DNA of 64,000 bases from Carpediemonas membranifera BICM (lineage: Eukaryota; Protista; Fornicata): positions 372,001 to 436,000 of the forward strand of contig JAHDYR010000001.1 in assembly GCA_019828565.1 (NCBI GenBank), written 5' to 3'. Below the pieces are notes generated by a model. The model worked only from the letters and a program-made list of their open reading frames with translations. It was not told the DNA's origin and did not search any database. Made by a program: the position numbers and the translations under genes. Below are positions 41,612-52,127 of the stretch, one piece after another; position 1 is the first letter of the stretch, and each line of letters starts with the position of its first letter.

Positions 41612-44297
41612 ATGGATTCGATCGCGGACAAGTACTACCGTATGTTATACTCCTGCTTTTTACGCAGATTGGATCAATCAAGTGCGTATCTTTGCACTTA
41701 AGCAATGGCGCATCACTTACAGGGCGTGGTTCTCGTCCTGCTGCCTTATTCTCTGCCCCATCATCTTCATTGTGCTCCTTGCCGGCACTGAAGCATGGAT
41801 GAGATCAGCCATGCCTGATTACGAAGCCTCAATGGAGATCTCCACCTCAGGCGACCCGGATCCCGTTATCGGGCTCACTACCGGCATGATGGACGAGACA
41901 TGCGAATCCTGCAGCGTCGTCATGGCCATTGCGCCTGACAACGCCGACACGCAGGCCATCCGCACCCGCGTCCTCGCGAACGAAGGCCTCGACTCCTCGG
42001 ACATCGAGATGTTTGCCTCGGCTGAGGCTCTGAACGCCAACCTTCTTTCCGAGACGAACAGAGTGTTCGGTGCCGTTGTTTTCAGTGACACATCCTCGTC
42101 GTACAGCTATGCTGTCCAGTACAACCACACCGCGTACTCCTGCCAGCTGAGCATGTTCTTCCCAGTCTGTCCCGATGCCCACCGCCTCCTCGTACTCCCG
42201 TTCACACGTGCGGTTGACCGAGCCATCGCCCAAATCGTGGCCAGTGACACATCCATCACTCACGACATCGTCCTCCAGTCGTTCCCCCACCCCATGCTGT
42301 CCCAGACGACGGTGATGAGTCTGTACGCCCCCGTCTTCATCTTCCTGATGTCCACGGTCCACATGGTCATTCACACCGCCTCGTTGCTCAGCGAGAAGGA
42401 GAACCACCACCACACAAGCCTCCGCATCGTTGGCCTCCTCGACTCCGTCTACTGGACCGTTTGGGTGCTGGCCATGCTCATCACCAGCCTCCTCTCCTTC
42501 GCCGTGATGTTCATCACGTGCTTTGTGTTTGACTGGATTGGCTACCCGCTGGACCTCATCACCGGGAACAGCATAGTCCTTGTGGCCCTGCTGTTTATCC
42601 TCTACGCCATCAGCTCCATCGTCATCTCCATCCTCATCACTGCCGTGGTCGACTCCGTCAGAGTCGGTACAGTCGTGGCGTTCTTATACTTTATCGTCGG
42701 AGTCATCTTCGGGTCATTGGCTCAAAGCTACTTCTTCACTAGCAAGACGAACTCGCTCGTGCGATTCCTGCTCTCGCTGGCACCCCCAGTCGTGTTCCAG
42801 AAACTGATGGCCGACCTCGCTGTTGCAGGTGTCGAGGGCGCCGAGTCGATTTCATTCTCCAACATCGCAGACAACGCTGATTATCTCACATATCTCGACG
42901 GTCTGATCTTCATGGTCGTCGATATTCTTCTGATTCTTGTCCCCACCCTCTATCTTCAGGCCGTCGTCCCCTCCAACGGCACTGGTCTCCATTGGTCGTT
43001 GATAAGAAAGCGTCGGTCGAAGAAGGAAATTGCAGTGAAGGACCAGGTCTTCCTCCGGGAGCTGAGGCCCGAGGTCCACCAGGAACGCGAGAGGGTTGTG
43101 AACATCCTCAAGACGACGAAGCAGGCGGACAGAAAGGGCATCATCATCAAGGACCTCCGCAAGATCTTCAGGATTGGATTATTCCGTCGCAAATTTATCG
43201 CGGTTGAGGGTTCTTCCCTCGCCATCGACTCTGGAACCATCCTCTGCCTGCTCGGCCAGAACGGAGCCGGCAAGACGACGACGATCTCTATGCTCACGGG
43301 CCAGCTGCCGATGTCCTCGGGCGAGGTCTTCGTCGACGGCCACGCCATGCCCGCCGAGATGGGATTGATCCGCCACCATATCGGCCTCTGCCCCCAGTTC
43401 GACATCATGTGGCCGACGATGACGGCGAAGGAGCACATCCAACTGTTCGGCGCGCTCAAGGGTCTTTCTGGCGAGCGGCTCGACCAGGAGACGATCGACC
43501 GGCTCGAGGAGGTCAATCTGACGTCCAAGACCAACATCGCCACGAAGAAGTTCAGCGGCGGCATGAGACGGCGGCTATCTCTGGCCATCGCCTTCACCGG
43601 CTCCCCGTCTGTCGTCTTCCTCGACGAGCCGACCACTGGTCTCGACCCGGTCACCCGCAGCGCGGTGTGGGAGACGGTGCGGCGTCACAAACACGGCAAG
43701 GCGATCATCCTCACCACCCACTCCATGGAAGAAGCAGACGTCCTCGGTGACCGCATCGCTATCATGGCTGCCGGCCGAATGATGTGTGTTGGCAAGAGTC
43801 TGACGCTCAAGAACGCCTTTGATGCCGGCTACCACATCGCCCTCATTACTGAGCCCGGCCGTGGCCGCGAGGTGCTCGACCTTGTTGGCAGCGAGCACGT
43901 ACTGAGAGATATCGACCTCCGCTCCCAAACAGCTGACTCGGTAATCCTTTCCGTCCCTCGCGATGCAATCGACCGTATGCCCGATATCCTCCGCAGATTC
44001 GACCTGATGAAGTCTGCAGGCCTGCTCGCTGGATACACTGTTTCCCTCACGACCCTCGAGGACGTGTTCCTGATGACGTCCCAGTCCGTAAGCAGGGCGA
44101 GAGACGGCAGACCAGAGTTCACAGTCACCGGTGAGGGCAAGGAAGCCCCCACACAGGCTGCTTCTGACGCGGGCAGTGACGGACCCGAGGAACTGGAGCC
44201 TTTGGCCCCGGTTGACCCGGTAAGTTCTTCCGACTCAAGCGACTCAGACCCGGAGGAGGATGGAAATTTTGTCACCCCCGCTTTCCCTGAGATTTAA
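41612..44297 (+). CDS. ABCA: ABCA-subfamily half transporter; exon 1 41612-41639, intron 41640-41667
   Basis: 28-nt GTATGT...TACGCAG intron supplies the ATG; LSEKE..LRIVGLLDSVYW, GQNGAGKT, CPQFDI, FSGGMRRRL, LDEPTTGLDP, LTTHSMEEAD. Confidence 0.93.
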
Positions 44298-44370
44298 ACA
44301 GATATTTGAAGCTGTTTGGCACTTGTATGTGTGTTTAGGCGGTTTGTGGTTTTGCCAGATTAGACCAAGC

Positions 44371-45702
44371 ATGTCTGATGATGGTCCTGACGATGGAAAA
44401 CTGAATGAATCACGTACTTTGAAAGCGATACAGGAAACAATAGCTGGAGCACGTTCGCCATCGCCACTCAAAAGTGCGTTGTGGCGCCCGATGCATCCAC
44501 CGAGCGCCACCCGCTTCACTCCAAGGTCAGATGCCCTCGCTTCGATAACCCATCGGCCAAGGAAGCTCTCTAGAGTTCAAACTCCGTTGGTTTGCACGGA
44601 AGTACGGCGTTCGCCGTCACCTCCCATCGTCCATGCACCGGCGCCCCAGAGCTGCGTCTCAACTGACACAGAGCTCAACGTAGCCCTCCTGAATGCGCAC
44701 AAAGCCTACCTCGAAGAGCACAAAGCACTCGAGAATGAACACAGGGCCCTGGACGGCCGCGGGTGCCGACCGGCCCTGCATCTGGCGACCGTGACGATCC
44801 CGCCCTCGTTTATCACCAGCCGCAGCAGGTTTGGGGGGCAGCCGTACCGTGGTATTGACGGTGAGTCCCCTCCTTGCTGTCAACTCTGTGGCGATCGGAT
44901 GCTCTTCGTGCTCCAGCTCGACCTCGAGGAAGTCACACATGAGGCAACGAAGGCTGCCAAGAAGTATGGAATAGACCCAGAATTCGTGGTTGTTCCCGAG
45001 ATATTCAACCCCAATGCCACTGCCCAGCCAAAGAACCATCACCTCATGCAGCTCTTCATATGCCGCAAATTCTACACCAGGGATGAAGACACTCCAAACA
45101 GCCACGCCCACAACCCCTCCATGACTCACCTCGTCCGAGTCATCCCGAGTCCTGCCGCACCAGCCCTGAAGGTGGCCCTGCCCGAACCCGATACTCAGTA
45201 CCTGCCCGCACGGGCGGTGATGCAGCTTATGCCGTTCCCTGATCACCCAAACCTGCCTCTGCCGCATACATCAGAAGATCTGGAGAAATCTGGGTTTGAT
45301 TGGGTCGGAGCTAGATTGCGGAGATCTTATCCATATCTCCTGGAGATTAGATCAGATACTGACAGCGTCAAGGGATATGCCGGCCCTATCGACAAGATCC
45401 TCGGCTATGCAGACGGGTCACCCTCGGAGCCACTAGTTTGCCCCAAGTGCCACGGCACCGACTACTTGCCTGTGATCCAGATCTACAGCATCAACGCCCG
45501 GCTCTCGGTCAACCCGACCTTCACCCTCCTCGTCCGACAATGCCGCAGCTGCCACGCCTTTGCTGCGAGCTGGACCCCCAAGGAGTCGGCACGTGACGTC
45601 CGATTGCTGGAGAGAGCAAGAAGGCGGACTGAGCAGCGGGCGGTGGCTGCACAACGTGAGAGTCAGCCGATAGAGAGCGATGGTGTCATTGACATTGACT
45701 GA
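44371..45702 (+). CDS. DUF1963 (YwqG)/PDCD2-C-like Zn-finger protein with disordered N-terminus
   Basis: SRFGGQPY...PCCQLCGDRMLFVLQLDL and DKILGY...CPKC...VIQI duplicated-module pattern. Confidence 0.6.
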   Translation: MSDDGPDDGKLNESRTLKAIQETIAGARSPSPLKSALWRPMHPPSATRFTPRSDALASITHRPRKLSRVQTPLVCTEVRRSPSPPIVHAPAPQSCVSTDTELNVALLNAHKAYLEEHKALENEHRALDGRGCRPALHLATVTIPPSFITSRSRFGGQPYRGIDGESPPCCQLCGDRMLFVLQLDLEEVTHEATKAAKKYGIDPEFVVVPEIFNPNATAQPKNHHLMQLFICRKFYTRDEDTPNSHAHNPSMTHLVRVIPSPAAPALKVALPEPDTQYLPARAVMQLMPFPDHPNLPLPHTSEDLEKSGFDWVGARLRRSYPYLLEIRSDTDSVKGYAGPIDKILGYADGSPSEPLVCPKCHGTDYLPVIQIYSINARLSVNPTFTLLVRQCRSCHAFAASWTPKESARDVRLLERARRRTEQRAVAAQRESQPIESDGVIDID

Positions 45703-45915
45703 GTTTTTGAAGTCGCATCGACTCGTCTCAGTTGAATTTTGGAGAGGAACCTGGGAATGGAGCTTTGTCCTGCAGGAGCGCCATTTTTTAGTATAAAGCG
45801 ACTCTGCCCGTTACAGCCACACGATTTACATGTTTACATGGGCACGTATCGAGCATTTTATGGCAGGTGATCTACCGGCGGAGACCTACTCTGAGCTTCG
45901 GCGATCCTCACGGCT

Positions 45916-48900
45916 ATGTACATCAAGAAAATTGTCCTAGACAACTTCAAGAGCTATAAGGGCCGTATTGAGATCAATAACCTCGGCGAGTATGCGAATT
46001 CCGTCGTAGGGAAGAACGGATCGGGCAAGAGCAACCTATTTGAGGGTATGTAGCTCAATTTTCAGACTAATACAGCTATTCGCTTCGTTTTCGCAGCCTC
46101 CAAGGACCGTGTAACCCAGGATAACCGGCGTCACTGGATGTACAACGGAACCGATGGGGAAACGAATGCCGAACTGTTCACCTCAGTGGAGGTAGTCATC
46201 GACAACACCGGTGAGGAGGCCTTCCTCCCTGGTAAGAGAGGTGACATCTCGATCAAGCGCACTATTGGCCTCAAGAAGGATGAGTGGCGTATCGACAACA
46301 CCAACATGCTTCGCAGAGAGGCTAACACCTGGTTTGAGTCCGCCGGCCTCTCTGGCTCCACTCACTTCATTGTACAGCAAGGTGAGGTCAACCGCCTCGC
46401 CGACTTCTCAGCCGAAGACCGCCTCCATGCCGTACTGGGCATGGCCGGCACCGAGCTCTACAACGCCAAGAAGGAGGAGTCTGAGCGTCTCATCAAGGAC
46501 GCCGACAACAACAAGGAGACTGCTGAGGAACACATCAGGGACCTTGACGATCGCATGAAGAAGCTGTCGAGGGAGAAGGACGACCTCGCGCAGTTCCAGG
46601 AGGCGGACCTCAAGTACAAGCAACTGCAGTACGCCGGGCTCTCCAAGGACATCGCGCGGGTCCGGGCAAGGATCGCCGCACAGGCCAAGGAGATGAGCGA
46701 CCTGCAGAAGGAGTACACCCGGAACAGCGAGGCCCTGCGTCGCCACAACGACACGCGCAGCAACCAGGAGCAGGACCGCAAGATCTCCGAGGACGAACTC
46801 CGCGTCCTCGAGCAGGAGCGTGCAAGCATCAAAAAGAGGCTCCGCGCGACAACTGTTGAGTTCACACGGCTCGAGCTGCAGCTTCAGGCCATGCCCACGG
46901 ACCAGGCGGACAAGGAGGACCAGGTGAACCTCAAGCGGCTCCGCAAGAACCTGCAGACCGCCAAACAGGAGCTCAGCGACAAGACAGCGACCCTCGTCAC
47001 CCTTAGAGCAGAGGTCGAGCGGACCGCGTCCGCCCTGGAGGTAGCTGTAGTGCGCAGAGACGCCCTCAACGAGAAGCTTGACGCAATGGCGCGCTTCCCC
47101 AACAAACAGGCCCGGGACGATTGGGTAGACAAGGAGTGCGGCCGGGTTGAGGCCCAGGTTGACGGTAACAAGAACAGACTGACCGCCTGCGAGTCCCGCC
47201 TGCACGCCAAGACAGAGGAGCTCCAGGCCTCGAAGCAGGAGCTCGCCCGGCTGGAGGAGGAGCTGAAGACGGTCAAGAGCACGCACGCGAGATTCGCCGA
47301 GGAAGCTGCGACGTATCGCCAGAACCTCGCCGCCCTCGAGCAGGCCACCCGGGAAGGCAGGGGTGTTCTGGCCGACAAAGAGCGGGCCGTGTCACAGGCG
47401 ACGATCCAGAAGGACACCGCAGCCCGCAACCTCTCCCGTGCGATGCCCAGAGACCTGTACGAGGCGATGGTAGCCGTCGAGCGGCTCGGCATGGGTCCCA
47501 ACGAAGGAGTTTATGGCCCGATAGTGAACTTACTCAATGTCCGCCCGTCCGCGTACGCCGCTGTGGAGGCTGTGGGCGGCAACCAGCTCTTCCACATAGT
47601 GGTCGACACGGACGCCACCGCCCGCATGGTCCTAGACCGTCTGGGCGATCGACCCCTCTCCCTCAACATCATCTGTCTCAACCGGGTCCGCACCAAGAGC
47701 TACAAATACCCCAACTCCACTGAGGATTCGGTGCCGCTCGTCAACATGATCAAGGCCGATGACAAGTTCAAGCCGGTGATTAACTCAATCTTTGGGCGGG
47801 TCGTGATGGTCAAGGATCTGAAGCAGGCTGCAACGCGCACCCTGCGCGGGTTCAAGAAGCTTGATGCGGTCAACACCTGTGGCGACATGCTGAGCCGTCA
47901 TGGCGAGGTGTCCGGCGGCGGGAACTCGGCCGCTGAGGCCACTCGTTTCGCCAAGGCCAACGCGCTCAAGGCCGCCACTGCTGCTGTTGAAGCCGCTCAG
48001 GCCAAGCTGGACTCATACCACGAGGAGCTCAAGGCGACAAGGAGCAACATCAACGCCGAACATCAGCGGATCACGGTGGCGCTGGACGAGGCCGCCAAGC
48101 ACGACGGGGCAGTGCAGGAGGCGGGTCGGGAGGCCCTGCTCGCGTCCATTGCAGACACAGAGACGATCATCGCTTCGCTGGATGCCGAGCGGGTTTCACT
48201 CGATGCCACCATTGTTGGCCTGAACGAGCGCCTTTATGAGCTCAGCAAGATGCGCGCCAGTCCTTTCAAGGCCCCCACCGTCAAGGATCGCAATGATCTG
48301 AAGAACGCCGAGCACGAGGTTCGCGATCTCGAGACCCAGCGTCAGGATGCTATGGAGAAGCTCGAGGCCGTGGAGCAGCGTCTGGTTGTCATCAAGGCCC
48401 GTATCGCAGAGCAGGAGGCCGCCGTGGCCGAGGCCGCCGCCAAGAGGGCGTCAATCGTGCAGGAAACCCTGGACGACGGCGTCAGGGAGCGCTTCGATGT
48501 CGTCGAGGCCCAGCGAACCGATCTGGAGGCCCAGATGGCGTCAATCACCGAGAAGATCGCAGCTACAAACGCGTACCTCGACGGCCTCAACAGCGATCTC
48601 TTCGTGGCCGGGGCATCCGAAGACGATGAGAAGGTCGAAGCCAGACTTGTCGAAACCTCCCGTAAGCTCGAACGCATCACGGTAGAGCACCAGAGGAGCA
48701 GAGACGAGGTCTCTAGGCTCGAGGGCGACCTGGCCGGCCTCAAGGTCAGTCCAACCGACGAGTACGACGGTCTCAGCCGCAAGAAGATCATCGACGCCAC
48801 AGCCGCCGCCCGCAAGGAGCTGGACCGCTTTGCGCATGTCAACCGCCGAGCCATAGAGCAGGGCCGAGACATCCAAGGGGAGTACGATTCCCTAAAGACA

Positions 48901-49617
48901 CGACTCGAGACAAACGAGCAGGATAAGACCAAGCTGACCCGCGTCCTCGGCAAGAGCGAGGAGCAAAAGCAGAAGGCCGTCCTTGGCGTTCTCAAGAGTG
49001 TCGGTGATAACTTTGAGCGGATCTTCAAGGAGGTTTCTGGACAGGGTGATGGCGCGCTCCACGTCTACACCAAGACGACCGATATGGGTCTCGCAGCTTT
49101 CGTCCGGAAGTGCGGTGTCATTGACGATGATGATGACGTCGACACCGATACTGAGGTCGCCTCTGAGACGCAGTCACAGTTGCCTCTCACCCTCGCTGAC
49201 CTGAGCGGCCTCGAGGCGATGGTCTCCTTCTCGTCCGGCCACAACCCCAAGAGCATGGCCGAGCTGAGTGGCGGTCAGAGGGGTGTGGTCGCCCTTTGTC
49301 TCGTGTTCGCTCTCCAGTCGGCCATCCCTGCTCCGTTCTACCTCTTCGATGAGGTCGATGCAGCCCTGGATGGACGTTACCGCAAGAACGTGAGCAAGAT
49401 GATCCGCAGCCGTGCGAAGGATCGCCAGTTCTTTATTGCTTCCTTCCATGATGAGCTCCTGGACGCGTGCTCGAACTTCTACATGGTTAAGTTCCAGCAT
49501 GCGACGTCGCGGATCATGCTATGCTCGAAGAGCGATTCCAAGAGCGTCATCGAGGCCTCAAAGAGAGCTGCCGCGCCGCTGCTCAGCAGACTAGAAGACG
49601 ATGATGTTGAGATGTAA
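45916..49617 (+). CDS. SMC3: Cohesin subunit SMC3; exon 1 45916-46045, intron 46046-46075
   Basis: MYIKKIVLDNFKSY, GKNGSGKSNLFE|AIRFV, RTIGLKKDE (acetylation KK), hinge, LSGGQ, PAPFYLFDEVDAALD. Confidence 0.95.
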
Positions 49618-50257
49618 ATAAGAATGTTTACTGGATAAATAAGTGGCTGATGGCGCCTGCTTGTAGCCTCTGATGTTGATTAGTCATGAAACGTCGCTTG
49701 TTGTTGCTCAGTCGGTCAGGCTGTGTGAGAAAAGATGTGTTGTGCTCAGCTCTCATAAGCTAACCGTGTCATCGGTCTCGTCGTCGTCTAAAGGCCATTG
49801 TAGAGTCCTCCTGCAGTCCCGAAGGATTACAACTATGGAAAAAACTACAATAAACAATAGAGAACCGGAGACCTGGCCTAATAACAGTCGTCATCTGTGC
49901 ACAATCATTACAAACACATGGTCCCAAGTTAGAAAGTCGAGAGGTGAGGTGTTCGCCGGCATTTCTATCAACGCGCACTTCTCAACTTTTCCGAGAAAAA
50001 AAACTGTAATAAAGTGCGGGGCCAAGAAAGAGGTCATTGAAGGGTTGAGACTGTAATTGTGTGCGAATGTGCGTGAGAATATACAGCGTACAAATCTGCT
50101 GCTGTGGATTTTTGTGTGAAACGGCTAGACTTTGTTTGACAACATCAGCATGGAAACGCCGTTGTAGGTGGTGACAGTCATGCCGCTGGGTTGAAATGGA
50201 CCGAATTAATCACATATTACATGCCTGCATGAAGTGAAACTCGAGTCCGCTCAACTT

Positions 50258-50752
50258 ATGTGCGTCGCCCGACTCTGGCATCGTAACGACATCATCCCCC
50301 AGACCTCACTCAAACTCACGCCCTGCCCGGTTGACCTGGAGGAGGTCACCGAAGAGGGCGACATGGAAGAGACTACAGGTGAGCCAACCCTGGACGATGA
50401 GGACGTCCACCACACTGAGTCGGAAGTCGGGTCCGAGATTCCCGACTCCGACCTCGAGTCTCAGATGGAGGGATCGGTGGCCGAGTCTGATGGGGAAGTC
50501 GACGAGCCCGAGGACGCGCAGCCCACCGAGGAGCCACCCGTAGCCGACCCCGCCGAGCCGTGTGAAGAGCCTGAGGAGAAGGGCGGCTGGCCCGTCGTGG
50601 GCGAGATCCAGTTGCCGGCGAACGAGCTGTTCCTCGCCCCGGCGCGACTCCCACTGGGCGACCTGGTCGACGCTCGCGTCACCCGGATCATGGCGCTCCT
50701 GGAACAGAGGAGCCAGAGCCGGGCGTCCCGACGGAACTCCCTTGCACAGTGA
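50258..50752 (+). pseudogene. 5'-truncated duplicate of the acidic tail of the LRR gene (62215-63750); still an open frame
   Basis: Same protein sequence from PVDLEEV to the stop; short, diverged N-terminus. Confidence 0.7.
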
Positions 50753-51447
50753 TAAACACTCTTTCGACATACCGTAAACAATGAAAAGCTTTTTATCTAC
50801 ATGGCAGAGTTGGCCGGGGGCTGGACGAACTGCATCTGCGGGGCGTACGGCATCTGCTGCATCTGGGGCGGGTACTGCTGGGGTTGGTACTGCGCGGGCA
50901 TCGGCTGACCCTGGTATGGCATCTGGCCGGGAATACCGTACGCCGGGAAGTTTTGGATGGGCATGACCTCGGGGCGGATGAGCTGGAACATCTTGCCGGC
51001 GAAGATGATTTCGAGGATCATGCAGAAGCCGTACGTGAAGAACATGGAGAGGCCGCCGGTCATGTTGTCGAGCATGTGCACCGCGAGGGTCATGAGCCAG
51101 AAGATGAGGAGCGGGAAGATGTTGCGGGTGTTGGCCTTGACGCCGAGCTTGATGCAGGCGACGATGCCCATGTCCTTGCGGGTGAGCAGGAGGAAGCTGA
51201 CAGTCGAGAATGTGAGCAGCTGAGCGGCGTAGATGAGGGGGACCGTGACACCCAGCATGGAGATAGGGGTGACGACGACGATGACGACGATGTAGATGAT
51301 GGTGATGCGCGGGATGAACTCCTTGTCGGGGAACAGCGCCTCGCGGATGCTGATCTTACGGCCCAGCATCTCCTTGATGATACCCTGCCGGATACCCGAC
51401 TCCATGTAGATGAGAGGTGGCAGGGGCAGCAGAAGTGCGAATAGCAG
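50325..51447. repeat. Inverted repeat copy A (1123 bp)
   Basis: Reverse complement of 61506-62642; differences seen are one substitution, one 1-nt indel and one 15-nt unit indel. Confidence 0.95.
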
Positions 51448-51732
51448 AATGACAATGGAGAGCAGCAGCAGGACGAGGCCGATGACAGTCACTGCGAGCA
51501 GCGCGAGGGAGATCAAGACGGCGTTATTGAAGACGGTGCAGACGCCAAGGGCGGCAGTCCAGACCATGGAGCCGACAGTGATGACGAGCGAGTAAGCGAG
51601 GGAAATTACGGTGGCATAAACACCATAAATGATGGCGAAGGCTACAATGGCGATTACGACGCCAACATAGTGCATGGGATTCGCCATGAAGACGTCAAGC
51701 GCGAGCTTGAAGTCATCCAGGGTGACGGTCAT
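50797..51732 (-). CDS. Multi-pass membrane protein with Q/P/Y/M-rich cytoplasmic tail (full-length copy)
   Basis: About 6-7 hydrophobic segments; tail GQMPYQGQPMPAQYQPQQYPPQMQQMPY; likely start MTVTL. Confidence 0.75.
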   Translation of the reverse strand: MTVTLDDFKLALDVFMANPMHYVGVVIAIVAFAIIYGVYATVISLAYSLVITVGSMVWTAALGVCTVFNNAVLISLALLAVTVIGLVLLLLSIVILLFALLLPLPPLIYMESGIRQGIIKEMLGRKISIREALFPDKEFIPRITIIYIVVIVVVTPISMLGVTVPLIYAAQLLTFSTVSFLLLTRKDMGIVACIKLGVKANTRNIFPLLIFWLMTLAVHMLDNMTGGLSMFFTYGFCMILEIIFAGKMFQLIRPEVMPIQNFPAYGIPGQMPYQGQPMPAQYQPQQYPPQMQQMPYAPQMQFVQPPANSAM

Positions 51733-52127
51733 GTTCTCGACGATATCAGCCTCTGAGAACGGTCTGCGTAAGCTGTAGTAGCATGGGGAAGCGTACCTTT
51801 CATTCAGAACGTGCGTTGTTCGCTCGCGTTGCATATGCTGAGAACTTTTAGGTTGGTGATGCGCGTGGATTTTGCTTCCCGATCTGGAGATGTCGCACCT
51901 CGCAAATCTACGACCAATGCTCAGCCCACTGGATCTCCTCCCAGTCGAGCTGTCGGCCTGAGCCAGCTGTTTACGTGAGATAAATTGAGAGCCAAACATT
52001 AGTGGTTAGTAGTCAGCTAAACATGGCGCTGGGAGAGTCGAGCTCCTGGAAGAGACGCGCTAGGGCAGAGAGCACCTACCCGAGGCCAGCCGGCTAGATC
52101 GAGAACATGCAAACGGAAGAAGCGTTT

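Noticed and set aside
49620-50250. Relatively long gene-free spacer, considered as an ncRNA or the displaced Fanzor 5' part
   Set aside because: No tRNA, snoRNA or Fanzor motif recognisable by eye
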